A stretch of DNA of 64,000 nt from contig JBBTQW010000001.1 of the NCBI GenBank assembly GCA_038065495.1, forward strand, positions 44,137-108,136, in the 5' to 3' direction. Shown here piece after piece: positions 37,498-47,402 of this stretch (the stretch's first letter is position 1; every line of letters begins with the position of its first letter). The DNA is from Patescibacteria group bacterium. GTDB taxonomy: Bacteria > Patescibacteriota > Minisyncoccia > Phycocordibacterales > JACOZG01. The notes beneath the pieces were generated by a model. The model made no database searches. It was not told the DNA's origin and worked only from the letters and a program-made list of their open reading frames with translations. The position numbers were made by a program, and so were the translations under genes.

Positions 37498-37656
37498 CTA
37501 CTTTTTGATCTCTTTGTGAGTCGTGTGTTTGCGGCACCAGCGACAGTGCTTCTTGGTCTCAATCTTGCGCTCCACGAGCTTGCGATTTTTCCGGCTCCAG
37601 TAATTAACCCGTTTGCAGGTCGTGCAGGCCAGCCGAATCAGTTGATCTTGTGACAT
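37498..37656 (-). CDS. rpmG: 50S ribosomal protein L33
   Basis: 52-aa ORF MSQDQLIRLACTTCKRVNYWSRKNRKLVERKIETKKHCRWCRKHTTHKEIKK. The CxxC...CxxC pattern and length match L33. Absent from the ORF track because it is under 60 aa. Confidence 0.8.
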   Translation of the reverse strand: MSQDQLIRLACTTCKRVNYWSRKNRKLVERKIETKKHCRWCRKHTTHKEIKK

Positions 37657-37699
37657 AGGTAGATAAGACTAATATAAAACGAGAAAAAGAGCAAATAAC

Positions 37700-37786
37700 T
37701 GGTGCGCCGGGCAGGATTCGAACCTGCGTAGCCCAATGGGCGACAGATTTACAGTCTGTTGTAATTGACCACTCTACCACCGACGC
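37700..37786 (-). tRNA. tRNA-Tyr (anticodon GTA), CCA encoded
   Basis: Reverse complement has acceptor GCGTCGG/CCGGCGC, anticodon stem ACAGA/TCTGT with loop CTGTAAA, a long variable arm, T-arm GCAGG-TTCGAAT-CCTGC and ACCA. Confidence 0.85.
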
Positions 37787-37800
37787 GTGGCCACACTATA

Positions 37801-40515
37801 TTACTTTACGCTATGCGAGGCAACTGGATTGGCGCGCAAGGTGCGACGACCAGACTTGAGCGCTTTCTTGATCTCTAGCGCTGGTTTGCCATTTTTTAGC
37901 TCCACCGAGAGCGCACCGCCGCCCTCGATCTGCTTGGCAATAATAAACTCGGCGACTTGGTTAAGAATCTCGTTCTGGATCAAGCGCTTGAGCGGCCGCA
38001 CGCCATACTCGGCGCTATAGCCCTCACGCGCCAGATAAGCCATCACTTCGGCCGAGACTTGCAAACTGATGTTCTTGTGACTCAAACGCCGGCGCACTAG
38101 CTCCAGTTGGATGTCCACAATTTCTTTAATCACTTCGGCTGGTAGTGGATTGAAAATAATAATGTCGTCTAATCTATTCAAGAATTCCGGGCGGAAATGA
38201 TTTTTTAAACTTTCCATGATTCTCTGCTTGGTTTCGTTATAATCCGGCAAACCAGCATTCTCGCCGCTGGCGAAGCCGATTTTCTGCAATCTCTGGATAA
38301 ACTCACTGCCGATATTGGACGTGAGAATAATGATCGTGTTCTTGAAATTTACTGTTCTCCCTTTGCCGTCAGTTAGCCGGCCATTGTCTAAGACTTGTAG
38401 AAGAATGTTAAAGACTTCTGGATGCGCTTTCTCAATTTCATCAAACAGCAAGACCGAATATGGCCGATGGCGCACCGTCTCGGTGAGTGAGCCGCCTTCC
38501 TCATAACCCACATAGCCGGGCGGCGAGCCGATCAGTTTGGAAACCGAATATTTCTCCATATATTCGCTCATATCGATCCGCACCAGCGCCTTGTCGTCGT
38601 CGAACATAAAATGCGCCAGCGTCCGGGCCAGTTCCGTCTTGCCCACGCCCGTTGGCCCGAGCAGCATAAACGAGCCAATCGGCCGATCCGGGTCCGCCAC
38701 GCCAGCGCGAGAACGTTTAACGGCTTCTGCAATCTTCCGCACCGCTTCATCTTGGCCCCGCACGCGGCGCTTGAGCTCGTCCTCCATCCGCGTTAGCCGA
38801 CCCACCTCGCTCTCCAGCATCTTGGTCACTGGGATATGCGTCCAGCGCGCCACCACCTTGGCAATCTCCTCATCCGTCACTTCTTCTTTTAGAATCCTTC
38901 TAGAACTCTGCAGCTTTTTTAACTTAACATCACGCAGCTTTAGTTCTTTTTCCAATTGCGGAATCCGACCATATCTAATCTCCGCCGCGCGGGAGAGATC
39001 TGCTCGGGCCTCGGTCTGCTCGGCTTCCAGTTTGAGATTATTTAGCTCGCGCTTAAGCGTTTTGATCTCACCAATCACCTCCTTCTCATTCTTCCACTTC
39101 AGCTCCAGCTCGCTCACTTGCTCGCGCAAGTCGCTGATTTCTTTATCAATTTTCTTGACGCGCGCCTTAGTCGCTTTGTCGTCATTGAGAGTTAACTCTT
39201 TCTTGAGCGCTTCGCGTTCTACTTCTAATCTCATAATCTTCGTATCTGCTTCGCCTAATGCTATTGGCTTATTCTCCAATTGCAATCTTAGCGCGCTCGC
39301 CGCTTCGTCTACCAAGTCGATCGCCTTGTCTGGCAAGAACCTGTCAGCAATATACCTACTCGACAAGTTTACGGCCGCCACAATCGCGCTATCCGTGATG
39401 TGCACGCCGTGATGCGACTCATAGCGCGGTTTGAGTCCGCGCAAGATCGTAATCGCGTCTTCCACCGTTGGCTCTTCCACGTAGACTGGTTGGAAGCGGC
39501 GCGTGAGCGCTTGATCTTTCTCAATATACTTCTGATATTCCTTCGTCGTCGTCGCGCCAATCGCGCGCAGTTCGCCGCGCGCCAGCGCCGGCTTAAGCAT
39601 ATTACTCGCATCAATCGCTCCTTCCGCTGCCCCCGCTCCCACGATAGTGTGAATTTCGTCAATAAATAAAATAAATTTGTTACTCGAGCGTTCTAATTCT
39701 TTCAAAACACCCTTCAAACGCTCTTCGAACTCGCCCCGATACTTCGTCCCCGCCACGAGCAAGCCCAAATCAAGTGAGATTAATTCTTTCTCGCGTAGCG
39801 ATTCCGGAATATCACCACGCACAATCTTAATCGCCAAACCTTCGGCAATTGCCGTCTTGCCCGTCCCCGCTTCGCCAATCAAAATTGGATTATTTTTGGT
39901 CCGGCGCGACAAGATTTCCATTAATCTCTGGATTTCTTCTTCCCGGCCAATCACCGGATCCAGTTTATCTTCTCGTGCTAGATCGGTTAAGTTTTTTGTA
40001 AACTTTTCAATATTCTTAAACTTTTTTGGCACTTCCGGCTCTGGATTATTATCTTGATTTGCCCGCAATTCTTGCAACACTTTCAACACCCTGTCTTTAG
40101 TCACCCGAAATCTGTTTAAAACCTCATGCGCTGGGTTGGGAGTTTCTAATAAGCCTAACAACAGATGCTCAACAGAAACAAATTCATCTTGCAAATTTGC
40201 ACTAATCTTAGCTGCAGTGTCGAAAACTTTCACCAATTCTGGCGTGAGATAGATTTGGTAAGCAGCCGATAAAACCGCCGGTTGCTCGTGACCATCCAAA
40301 CTTTCTAGCACATAATCTGCGAGCATCACCGTGTCCACTTCGATTTTGTCGAGAATAGAATTAAACAAACTATCTTCTTGCAAGAGTAATGCCGCCAGCA
40401 AGTGGAGTGGCCCAACCTGATTCTGCCCACGCTCAATGGCCAGCTCGTGCGTTTTGCGAATTACTTCTTTGGCCTTAGACGTAAAATTAGAAAATGGCGG
40501 CGGCAAATTACTCAT
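37801..40515 (-). CDS. clpB: ATP-dependent chaperone ClpB
   Basis: 904 aa with two AAA+ modules (GEAGTGKTAIAEGLA; GPTGVGKTELARTLA) and a long middle coiled-coil domain. Confidence 0.95.
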   Translation of the reverse strand: MSNLPPPFSNFTSKAKEVIRKTHELAIERGQNQVGPLHLLAALLLQEDSLFNSILDKIEVDTVMLADYVLESLDGHEQPAVLSAAYQIYLTPELVKVFDTAAKISANLQDEFVSVEHLLLGLLETPNPAHEVLNRFRVTKDRVLKVLQELRANQDNNPEPEVPKKFKNIEKFTKNLTDLAREDKLDPVIGREEEIQRLMEILSRRTKNNPILIGEAGTGKTAIAEGLAIKIVRGDIPESLREKELISLDLGLLVAGTKYRGEFEERLKGVLKELERSSNKFILFIDEIHTIVGAGAAEGAIDASNMLKPALARGELRAIGATTTKEYQKYIEKDQALTRRFQPVYVEEPTVEDAITILRGLKPRYESHHGVHITDSAIVAAVNLSSRYIADRFLPDKAIDLVDEAASALRLQLENKPIALGEADTKIMRLEVEREALKKELTLNDDKATKARVKKIDKEISDLREQVSELELKWKNEKEVIGEIKTLKRELNNLKLEAEQTEARADLSRAAEIRYGRIPQLEKELKLRDVKLKKLQSSRRILKEEVTDEEIAKVVARWTHIPVTKMLESEVGRLTRMEDELKRRVRGQDEAVRKIAEAVKRSRAGVADPDRPIGSFMLLGPTGVGKTELARTLAHFMFDDDKALVRIDMSEYMEKYSVSKLIGSPPGYVGYEEGGSLTETVRHRPYSVLLFDEIEKAHPEVFNILLQVLDNGRLTDGKGRTVNFKNTIIILTSNIGSEFIQRLQKIGFASGENAGLPDYNETKQRIMESLKNHFRPEFLNRLDDIIIFNPLPAEVIKEIVDIQLELVRRRLSHKNISLQVSAEVMAYLAREGYSAEYGVRPLKRLIQNEILNQVAEFIIAKQIEGGGALSVELKNGKPALEIKKALKSGRRTLRANPVASHSVK

Positions 40516-40545
40516 AATATTTTAATTAACTAAAAATTTAGTAAA

Positions 40546-41370
40546 TTATTTCGGCAAAGCATTAAGCGTTTCTCGCACCATCTTGGCGGTGAGGGCGAGA
40601 CCAACGTCAGTCGAGACGCCCACGGCCTTGCCCTTAGTATTAACAATCGGCCCGCCCAGATTGTTCTGATTGGCCGCGCTGGTGTTGATAAATACGGTGG
40701 ACGAAGCAGTATTACTAAACAGGCCCGAGACAATACCACCAGCCACCGTAATTGGTCCATTGTCTGGCACACCCAGCGCCACGACCGTCTGGCCGGGCAG
40801 AGCTTCCGTCTCAACCAAATCTAATTTGGTAAGTTTGGGATTAGTAATATTTTTCCCGTCAGCGTCCTTGAGACTGGCCAAATCTAACTTGAGTAGCGTG
40901 ATCCCGCGCTTGGCGTCGCTCCGCACCACTTGCGCCATAGCTGTGCGCTTATCGCTCAAGAAAACTTGATAAGCACCCGGGACATTAGCAATCGTCGCTT
41001 GATTATTGGTGGCAAAAATTTTATCAGCTGTGGCGAGCAAACCTTCGTCAGTAATAATAAAACCCGAGCCAAGTGTACTGCCAGCTTTGTCGGCAATGCG
41101 CACTACCGCCGGGCTAGCCGCGTTGATCACATCCACAATCAATTGCTCCTCCGTCACGATCACCGGCACCTCTTTGATCACCGTGGTGGTCTTGGTATCG
41201 CCGGGCACGGTCTTCTCGATCGTCCGCTCCACCACGCGATTAATCGTCTGCGTTACTGTCGGTGGCGCTTGCTCTAATAAAGTGACTGTTACAATCCCCG
41301 TCGCGATACTCGTGACGAAGCTAATCAACAAAGTGAGCAAAACGATTTGATTTTTGTTTAATTCTTCCAT
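40546..41370 (-). CDS. trypsin-like (S1/HtrA-type) serine protease domain protein without PDZ, TM anchored
   Basis: 274 aa. A TM anchor is followed by GSGFIITDEGLLATADKI, HV...D and NNLGGPIVNTKG (equivalent to GNSGGP). There is no evident PDZ domain, so the HtrA assignment is tentative. Confidence 0.65.
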   Translation of the reverse strand: MEELNKNQIVLLTLLISFVTSIATGIVTVTLLEQAPPTVTQTINRVVERTIEKTVPGDTKTTTVIKEVPVIVTEEQLIVDVINAASPAVVRIADKAGSTLGSGFIITDEGLLATADKIFATNNQATIANVPGAYQVFLSDKRTAMAQVVRSDAKRGITLLKLDLASLKDADGKNITNPKLTKLDLVETEALPGQTVVALGVPDNGPITVAGGIVSGLFSNTASSTVFINTSAANQNNLGGPIVNTKGKAVGVSTDVGLALTAKMVRETLNALPK

Positions 41371-41383
41371 TTTTCTTTATTTT

Positions 41384-41974
41384 TTAACTATTTTGCATAA
41401 TATACCATACTTTTTCCCAATTTACAACGTTCCAAAACGCGTCCACGTAATCCGCTCTTTTGTTCTGATACTTGAGATAATAAGCGTGTTCCCACACATC
41501 CAAGCCAAGCAAAATCTTGGCACCACTCGGCAAATCCTGATTCGCGCTTGTTTCAATCTTTAATCTTCCCGCCTCATCAACAATCAACCAGACCCAACCA
41601 GAACCAAACCGACTCAAAGCCGCGTCTTTAAATAATTTTTTAAAATTCTCCAAACTTTCGAAATTCTCATTTATTTTTGCCAGCAATTCCGAATAATTGG
41701 TAATTTGCGTTTGAGTATTTTCTGCCGGTATTAGAATTTCCCAGAAAAAACTGTGATTCCAGTGGCCACCAGCATTATTTTTCACTACCGGATTTTCACT
41801 GGCACACAGTTCCAACAAACTTTTCTGGGCCAACTCCGGATTTTTCTCTAGCTCACCGTTTAGCTTATCAATATAAGCCTGATGATGCTTAGTGTGATGA
41901 ATCCGCATCGTCGCCTCATCAATCCACGGCTCTAATGTGTTGTATTCGTAATTTAGTTTGGGTAGTGTGTACAT
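41384..41974 (-). CDS. sodA: Fe/Mn superoxide dismutase
   Basis: Start at [25 protein letters not shown] and [18 protein letters not shown] are classic SOD motifs. Confidence 0.9.
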   Translation of the reverse strand: MYTLPKLNYEYNTLEPWIDEATMRIHHTKHHQAYIDKLNGELEKNPELAQKSLLELCASENPVVKNNAGGHWNHSFFWEILIPAENTQTQITNYSELLAKINENFESLENFKKLFKDAALSRFGSGWVWLIVDEAGRLKIETSANQDLPSGAKILLGLDVWEHAYYLKYQNKRADYVDAFWNVVNWEKVWYIMQNS

Positions 41975-42067
41975 ATCCAGATTATAATAAAAAAACGACC
42001 TCATGTCAGCAACCAGGCTGATGTGAGGTCGTTATAATATTTCGTACAGTCCTGATGGGTCTGCACG

Positions 42068-42418
42068 CTACTTCTTCTCCTTTGGTCGGACACTTGGCTC
42101 AAAAGACCGGAGGAATGCCAGAGCCGCTTTCTTGATGATAATTTTTCCACCCTGCATCGGTGGAAGAATTGGCATCCAACAATTTCCCATTGCATCATAC
42201 GGACGATAACCGAGTCTAAACCCTATTGATTCCTTGAAAGGAACCCGGACATGGGCCGTGAGGAAACCAGGACACCCTTTCTCGGCGAAACAATGTATAT
42301 CACCCTCATCACGCGGTCTGAATTTCTCTGGATCCATCGCATGTTTGAGCCATCTAATCTTCCGGAGATTGAGCAGATCTTCCCTTTCGCTGACCGCTTC
42401 ACTTGGCTTTTTTGCCAT
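42068..42418 (-). CDS. small basic hypothetical protein B (116 aa) expressed from consensus promoter P4
   Basis: Promoter P4 upstream, Cys/His-containing (HCFAEKGCPGF), no recognisable family. Confidence 0.5.
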   Translation of the reverse strand: MAKKPSEAVSEREDLLNLRKIRWLKHAMDPEKFRPRDEGDIHCFAEKGCPGFLTAHVRVPFKESIGFRLGYRPYDAMGNCWMPILPPMQGGKIIIKKAALAFLRSFEPSVRPKEKK

Positions 42419-42493
42419 CTGAGCTCTCGCTTTCTTTGCAATGTACTTCTAGCATAATCTGGCTAGAATTCAGCTGCTGGTAATACCAGCTCA

Positions 42494-42522
42494 ACTCTCA
42501 CTATAGCAAATACTGGAGACTT
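42494..42522 (-). promoter_or_regulatory. sigma70 consensus promoter module P4 (TTGACA-17-TATAGT, then GAGAGTTGAGC)
   Basis: Reverse complement reads ttgacaagtctccagtatttgcTATAGTgagagttgagc. Confidence 0.6.
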
Positions 42523-42523
42523 G

Positions 42524-43597
42524 TCAAGTCACAGAAGGATCGAGCTGTTTGTTTAATTTCTTCACACTGTTTAATTTTTTCAAAATATCCGGCAAAACTC
42601 GCAAAACGTAATCTAAATCACTCTTTTTCGTTTCCGGACTCAAACTAAATCTGACTGCACTCGAATCTGTCTTAATTAGATCATGTGTCTGCAAACTGCA
42701 AGCCGCGCCAGTAGAACAAGCAATGCCTTTGGCATCCAGTTCCAGGACAATCTGCTCGCCCAGCAAACCAGCGAAGCTCACGCTCACATTATTCGCCAAC
42801 CTAACTTCTTTTTTATTTTCAGTTATTTCTGGTCCGTTTAATTTTACATTTTTTAACTTTAATAATTTAACAATAAAATAATCGCGAAGTTTGCTCACTT
42901 TCTGATTATTCATTTCTCTATTTTTCTGTGCTAATTCTAACGCTCGCGCAAATTTAATTATCCCTGCCACATTTTCTGTCCCCGAACGCAATCCCCGCTC
43001 TTGTCCGCCACCAAGCAAAACTGGTAATATTTTTATCCCACGCCGCACAAACAAACAACCTACGCCAGCCACGCCAATTTTTGCGCCGTTCAAAGTCAGC
43101 AAATCCACGCCAAGCTTCTGCACATTGAGATCTAAATATTTCGCCGCCTGGCAAGCGTCGGTGTGCAGATACGGTGTTCTAGATTTATTTGCTAATCTAA
43201 ATTTTCTAATTACTTTCGCTACTTCTCTAATATTATTTATCACGCCAATCTCGTTGTGTGCATAAATAACAGAAACGAGATCTGTTTGTTTTTTTAAATT
43301 ATTTTTTAATTCAGAAATATTAGAAATAAAACTAGCGTTAAACTTTTTTGCTGGTTCTAAGACAGATGCATGCTCTAAATCTGTTGTGATTAAGTGTCTA
43401 GGTTTAAGACCAAAAATCGCGAGATTGTTAGATTCTGTGCCGCCAGAGGTAAAAATAATTTCATCTGGTTGCGCGTGTAATATTTCTGCTACTTTTCGGC
43501 GCGCTTGATCTAACTTTCTCGCAGCTAGAATTCCCTCTTGATGTAAACTTGAGGGATTGTCTTGCCCGGCGGCGGAGTCAAGATAAATTTGCTTCAT
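42524..43597 (-). CDS. cysteine desulfurase (class V aminotransferase, NifS/IscS/SufS-like)
   Basis: 357 aa with a PLP-lysine region and the catalytic Cys region GIACSTGAACS. Confidence 0.85.
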   Translation of the reverse strand: MKQIYLDSAAGQDNPSSLHQEGILAARKLDQARRKVAEILHAQPDEIIFTSGGTESNNLAIFGLKPRHLITTDLEHASVLEPAKKFNASFISNISELKNNLKKQTDLVSVIYAHNEIGVINNIREVAKVIRKFRLANKSRTPYLHTDACQAAKYLDLNVQKLGVDLLTLNGAKIGVAGVGCLFVRRGIKILPVLLGGGQERGLRSGTENVAGIIKFARALELAQKNREMNNQKVSKLRDYFIVKLLKLKNVKLNGPEITENKKEVRLANNVSVSFAGLLGEQIVLELDAKGIACSTGAACSLQTHDLIKTDSSAVRFSLSPETKKSDLDYVLRVLPDILKKLNSVKKLNKQLDPSVT

Positions 43598-43627
43598 TAC
43601 GCCGATTCTAGTATAATTTCCGCCACG

Positions 43628-44083
43628 ATGCCAGCTTTTCTTAATTTTGCGATTTTTGAGCCTTTTTACTTACTGCTAGCCGCCGTGCTCATTTTGCTAG
43701 CCTGGGTCGCCTACTTGGAGTGGCGGCTCAAGCGCTTTATGACCGGCCAGACCGGCGCGAGCTTGGAAAATAGCTTTGCTGATTTAACCGAAAGCGTCAA
43801 ACAAACTGACAAAGTTAACGAAGAGATTCAGCAACACTTGATCAAAATGGAAGAGCGTCTCCAGAAGAGCGTGCAGCATGTCAAAACAGTTAGATTTAAT
43901 CCGTTTACGGAAACTGGCGGCAATCACAGCTTTGCCACGGCTCTACTCGACGAACATGGCAATGGCGCAGTGATCTCCACACTGTACTCGCGCGATAAGA
44001 CCAGCGTCTTTGCCAAGCCAATCAAATCTCGCGTTTCAGAGTTTGAGCTAACCAAAGAAGAAGAACAAGCTATCGCTAAATAG
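43628..44083 (+). CDS. hypothetical membrane-anchored protein (possibly DUF4446-like)
   Basis: Start at MPAFLNFAIFEPFYLLLAAVLILLAWVAY (TM), then charged helices and TETGGNHSFATALLDEHGNGAVIS. Confidence 0.5.
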   Translation: MPAFLNFAIFEPFYLLLAAVLILLAWVAYLEWRLKRFMTGQTGASLENSFADLTESVKQTDKVNEEIQQHLIKMEERLQKSVQHVKTVRFNPFTETGGNHSFATALLDEHGNGAVISTLYSRDKTSVFAKPIKSRVSEFELTKEEEQAIAK

Positions 44084-44115
44084 CAAAATAGCCAAAATAA
44101 TTTTTTACTAAAATC

Positions 44116-45603
44116 ATGTCTAAACAAAAACGCTCGCCAATTGTGGTGGTGATGGGTCACATCGACCACGGCAAATCCAGTTTGCTTGACTACATCCGGC
44201 AAACCAATGTCACTGCCGGCGAAGCTGGGGGCATTACCCAAGCCGTGAGCGCTTACGAAGCGGATGGCCTCACTTTCTTAGACACGCCCGGCCACGAGGC
44301 TTTCTCTGGTATTCGCGAACGTGGCGCCAGTATTGCTGATTTGGCTATTTTAATTGTCTCGGCGGAGGAAGGCGTGAAAGCGCAAACCCTAGAAACACTA
44401 GCGCAAATCCAAGCGGCTAATATTCCGTTCATTGTGGCGATTAATAAAATAGACAGACCAAATGCCAATGCTAATTTAGTAAAACAGCAGTTAGCTGAAA
44501 AAAATTTATTGCTGGAAGGTTATGGCGGCACGGTACCGGTCGCCGAAATCTCGGCCAAGACGGGCGCTGGTGTGCCAGAACTGCTGGAACTACTACACTT
44601 ACTGGCTGAAATGCAAAATCTCACGGCTGACTCAGCCGCACCGGCACAAGGCTTTGTACTAGAGGCGCACATGGACCACCGTGCCGGCGTGACGACAACT
44701 TTAATTATCAAAGACGGCACGCTCCAGACTGGCAGTTTTATCTTGATCGGTAATGATCTGAGTAAGATAAAGAGGTTAAATAATTTTAAAGGCGAAATGG
44801 TAAGAAGTCTGGGACCAGCTTCCCCAGCGCAGGTCGTGGGCCTCGCGGCATTGCCGACTGTGGGCGCGAGCTTCGTGGCTTATGCTGGTAAAGTAGAAGC
44901 AGAAAAAGCGCTAGCAGAAAGTGTCACGCCAGAAAAAAACCAACACAAAACGGCCGAGAATAATCAAGCTAACACTAATCAAGAAACTAAAAATAATCAG
45001 ACGGAAGTGCCAGTGATCCTGAAAGCCGATGTGCTCGGCAGTCTGGAGGCGCTCAAGAAAGAAGTGCTGAAGTTAGGTTCTGATCTGGTGCGGATAAAAA
45101 TCTTGAGCGAGGGCGTGGGTCGGATTAACGAGAACGAAGTCAAGCAAGCAGGTTCCGCGCGTGGGGCGATCATCCTCGGCTTCAACGTCGCACGAGAAAA
45201 CAGCGTAAACGAACTAGCAGAAAAGCTGGGTGTGGAAATTGCCACTTTTGAGATTATTTATAAATTGTCAGAATGGTTAGCAGAACAGCTTAAGCTCCGC
45301 ACGCCTAAGCAAGAAGTGGTGACGACCCTTGGTCGAGCTAAATTATTAAAAATCTTTAGCGCCACGCGCGAGCGGCAGATTGTGGGCGGCGTGGTGACAG
45401 AAGGCCAGATCGCACTGGGCAAGACGATCAAAATCTTGCGGCGTGATAACGAGATTGCGCGCGGCAAGATTGTGGAACTGCAAGAGCAGAAACTGCCGAC
45501 GAAAGAAGTTGGCGCCGATCGGCAGTTTGGTGCCGCGGTGGAAGTGAAAGTCGCACTGGTAGCTGGCGATGTGATTGAGGCGATTACAGTCGTCCAATCT
45601 TAA
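44116..45603 (+). CDS. infB: translation initiation factor IF-2, N-terminally truncated form (G domain to C-terminus)
   Basis: 495 aa starting directly at the G domain (VVVMGHIDHGKSSLLDYIR, DTPGHEAF, NKID) and continuing into the IF-2 C-terminal beta-barrels. Confidence 0.9.
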   Translation: MSKQKRSPIVVVMGHIDHGKSSLLDYIRQTNVTAGEAGGITQAVSAYEADGLTFLDTPGHEAFSGIRERGASIADLAILIVSAEEGVKAQTLETLAQIQAANIPFIVAINKIDRPNANANLVKQQLAEKNLLLEGYGGTVPVAEISAKTGAGVPELLELLHLLAEMQNLTADSAAPAQGFVLEAHMDHRAGVTTTLIIKDGTLQTGSFILIGNDLSKIKRLNNFKGEMVRSLGPASPAQVVGLAALPTVGASFVAYAGKVEAEKALAESVTPEKNQHKTAENNQANTNQETKNNQTEVPVILKADVLGSLEALKKEVLKLGSDLVRIKILSEGVGRINENEVKQAGSARGAIILGFNVARENSVNELAEKLGVEIATFEIIYKLSEWLAEQLKLRTPKQEVVTTLGRAKLLKIFSATRERQIVGGVVTEGQIALGKTIKILRRDNEIARGKIVELQEQKLPTKEVGADRQFGAAVEVKVALVAGDVIEAITVVQS

Positions 45604-45618
45604 TCAAGCTAAAAAATT

Positions 45619-45969
45619 ATGCCGAGACATGAAGAACGATTAGTAGCCGAACTGCGACGCCTAGCCGCGAGTTTCCTTACACGCGAATCTGACGGCCGCT
45701 CGCTGATTACGGTGACGCACGTGGAGCTATTGCCATCGGGGCGCAAAGCGGTGATTCTGATTTCGGTTTTGCCCGAGCAAGAAGAATTGCGGGCCATCGC
45801 CTTTGCCCGTCGGCGACGCAACGATCTCACTCACTACATTCGCGAACATGTGCGCACCGGCCACCTGCCGGAGCTGGACTTTGCTCTGGACTTAGGCGAG
45901 AAGCATCGACAGAAAATTGACGCCCTAGTGCTAAGCGATGAGCAGAAAAAATTAGATAAGCTGCGCTAA
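45619..45969 (+). CDS. rbfA: ribosome-binding factor A
   Basis: 116 aa with the KH-like RbfA core (LITVTHVELLPSGRKAVILISVL). It lies directly downstream of infB, the conserved gene order. Confidence 0.8.
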   Translation: MPRHEERLVAELRRLAASFLTRESDGRSLITVTHVELLPSGRKAVILISVLPEQEELRAIAFARRRRNDLTHYIREHVRTGHLPELDFALDLGEKHRQKIDALVLSDEQKKLDKLR

Positions 45970-45990
45970 GTTTGCTAGAGTAAATTGGTC

Positions 45991-46062
45991 GGCCTAGTCG
46001 CCAAGTGGTAAGGCAAGAGTCTGCAAAACTCTTATACGGCGGTTCGATTCCGCCCTAGGCCT
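45991..46062 (+). tRNA. tRNA-Cys (anticodon GCA)
   Basis: Acceptor GGCCTAG/CTAGGCC, anticodon stem AGAGT/ACTCT with loop CTGCAAA, T-loop TTCGATT. Confidence 0.85.
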
Positions 46063-46067
46063 CCTCT

Positions 46068-46150
46068 GCCCGGGTGGCGGAATGGTATACGCGACAGACT
46101 TAAAATCTGTTGACCGTAAGGTCTTGTGGGTTCGAGTCCCACCCCGGGCA
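46068..46150 (+). tRNA. tRNA-Leu (anticodon TAA)
   Basis: Acceptor GCCCGGG/CCCGGGC, anticodon stem ACAGA/TCTGT with loop CTTAAAA, long variable arm, T-loop TTCGAGT. Confidence 0.85.
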
Positions 46151-46175
46151 CTGTGTTATGATTTAAAAAAATTAA

Positions 46176-46251
46176 GCCCTGTTAGCTCAGCTGGTAGAGC
46201 AGTCGCCTCTTAAGCGAACGGTCGGGGGTTCGATTCCCTCACAGGGCACCA
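46176..46251 (+). tRNA. tRNA-Lys (anticodon CTT), CCA encoded
   Basis: Acceptor GCCCTGT/ACAGGGC, D-arm GCTCAGCTGGTAGAGC, anticodon loop CTCTTAA, T-loop TTCGATT and ACCA. Confidence 0.85.
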
Positions 46252-46298
46252 AAAAAATCATCTCTCCATAAGCTCGGGATGATTTTTCTTTTCGCGAA
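46252..46298. terminator. bidirectional terminator hairpin (A-run, hairpin, T-run)
   Basis: aaaaaaATCATCtctccataagctcggGATGATttttcttttc lies between the tRNA cluster (+) and the 46306..46554 gene (-). Confidence 0.45.
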
Positions 46299-46305
46299 AA
46301 CCAGA

Positions 46306-46554
46306 CTAGAGACCGTAGACGTAATAACCCACTATCGCGTAATCGGCCAGATTATCCAGTAGCATCACACCGCTGCGATTATCGATCGCGCCGTTATTGA
46401 ATAGCGCGGCGGAAGCGTTATCGGCAATAACCGTCTGCACGTAACCACTCTGGCTTACATAAGCAAATGTGGCAGCTTGAGAGAAAGCCGGGATACCCAC
46501 GAGCAATAACGCCATTACTAGCAAACTGACTGGGAAAGTTAAATTCTTAATCAT
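46306..46554 (-). CDS. small secreted hypothetical protein (82 aa) with signal peptide
   Basis: N-terminal signal (LLVMALLLVGIPAFSQAATFA), C-terminus ...GYYVYGL. Confidence 0.5.
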   Translation of the reverse strand: MIKNLTFPVSLLVMALLLVGIPAFSQAATFAYVSQSGYVQTVIADNASAALFNNGAIDNRSGVMLLDNLADYAIVGYYVYGL

Positions 46555-46653
46555 TAGTTTTATTTTTTATTTTATTTTTCTATTAATAATCTCGATCACT
46601 CTTACCCTGTGCCGTTAAAGCACCAGAAACATTACAGTTATTCCTGCTATTTC

Positions 46654-47208
46654 CTATTTCCTTTTGAGCTCACTCACCTCTTTCTCTAATTTCTTGATCT
46701 GGAGTTCCAGCTTCTGCGTATGTCCCACCAGCTTAGACTCCACTTGTTTAGCATGACTAGCCAGCGTCTCGGCCACCACCATCATGTCGGTAACATCTTC
46801 GATCGCCAATAGGATAATGGGCGGGAAAATCCCCGAAGTCGCATCTTCTTTGGGGTGGATCTGCCGGGCGTTTAAGATCATCACCTTGCGGCCAATCACC
46901 GGGAACTCATGCGCCACCTCAAAGCCTTTAAAGAAAGTGTTCTTGGGCAAAATATCTTCTAATAATTTCCTTAGAGACGGAATATTCCACTGGCCATTGC
47001 CCAGCTCATAGACTACCCGGTTCTCCGTTTCTCTGGCTTCCACCTGGAAGGCTAGATAAAATGATTCATTGGCCGCCATGACCCGTAACTCTTTATCCAG
47101 AATCAGAACCGGCTCACGCACCACGTCCACCACCGTCTTAATGTAAGTCCAACTCTCTTCCCACAATCGTCCGACGAGATCAGCATTTTTATTTGTTTCC
47201 ATAGCCAC
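46654..47208 (-). CDS. PAS-like sensor domain protein with C-terminal coiled coil (putative regulator), tentative
   Basis: 184 aa with a PAS-fold-like stretch of about 110 aa (REPVLILDKELRVMAANESFYLAFQVE...VMILNARQI) and a KLELQIKKLEKEVSELKRK coiled coil. Divergent from the ECF sigma gene. Confidence 0.45.
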   Translation of the reverse strand: MAMETNKNADLVGRLWEESWTYIKTVVDVVREPVLILDKELRVMAANESFYLAFQVEARETENRVVYELGNGQWNIPSLRKLLEDILPKNTFFKGFEVAHEFPVIGRKVMILNARQIHPKEDATSGIFPPIILLAIEDVTDMMVVAETLASHAKQVESKLVGHTQKLELQIKKLEKEVSELKRK

Positions 47209-47402
47209 CTAGACGTTGAAATTTCCAAAACATTACAGTCACCCATTCTATCCAATCCATCCAATCCATTGTCATTAGCTATTACCAGCCGACAAGCGTA
47301 AGATCAGAGTAAGACTGGCGCAAACGTTCTTAGAGCTATTGACTTTTGTGCTGTAATATTCCGGTAATCAAAGCTCCTCCAACGCGTCTTAAACTAGATA
47401 AC

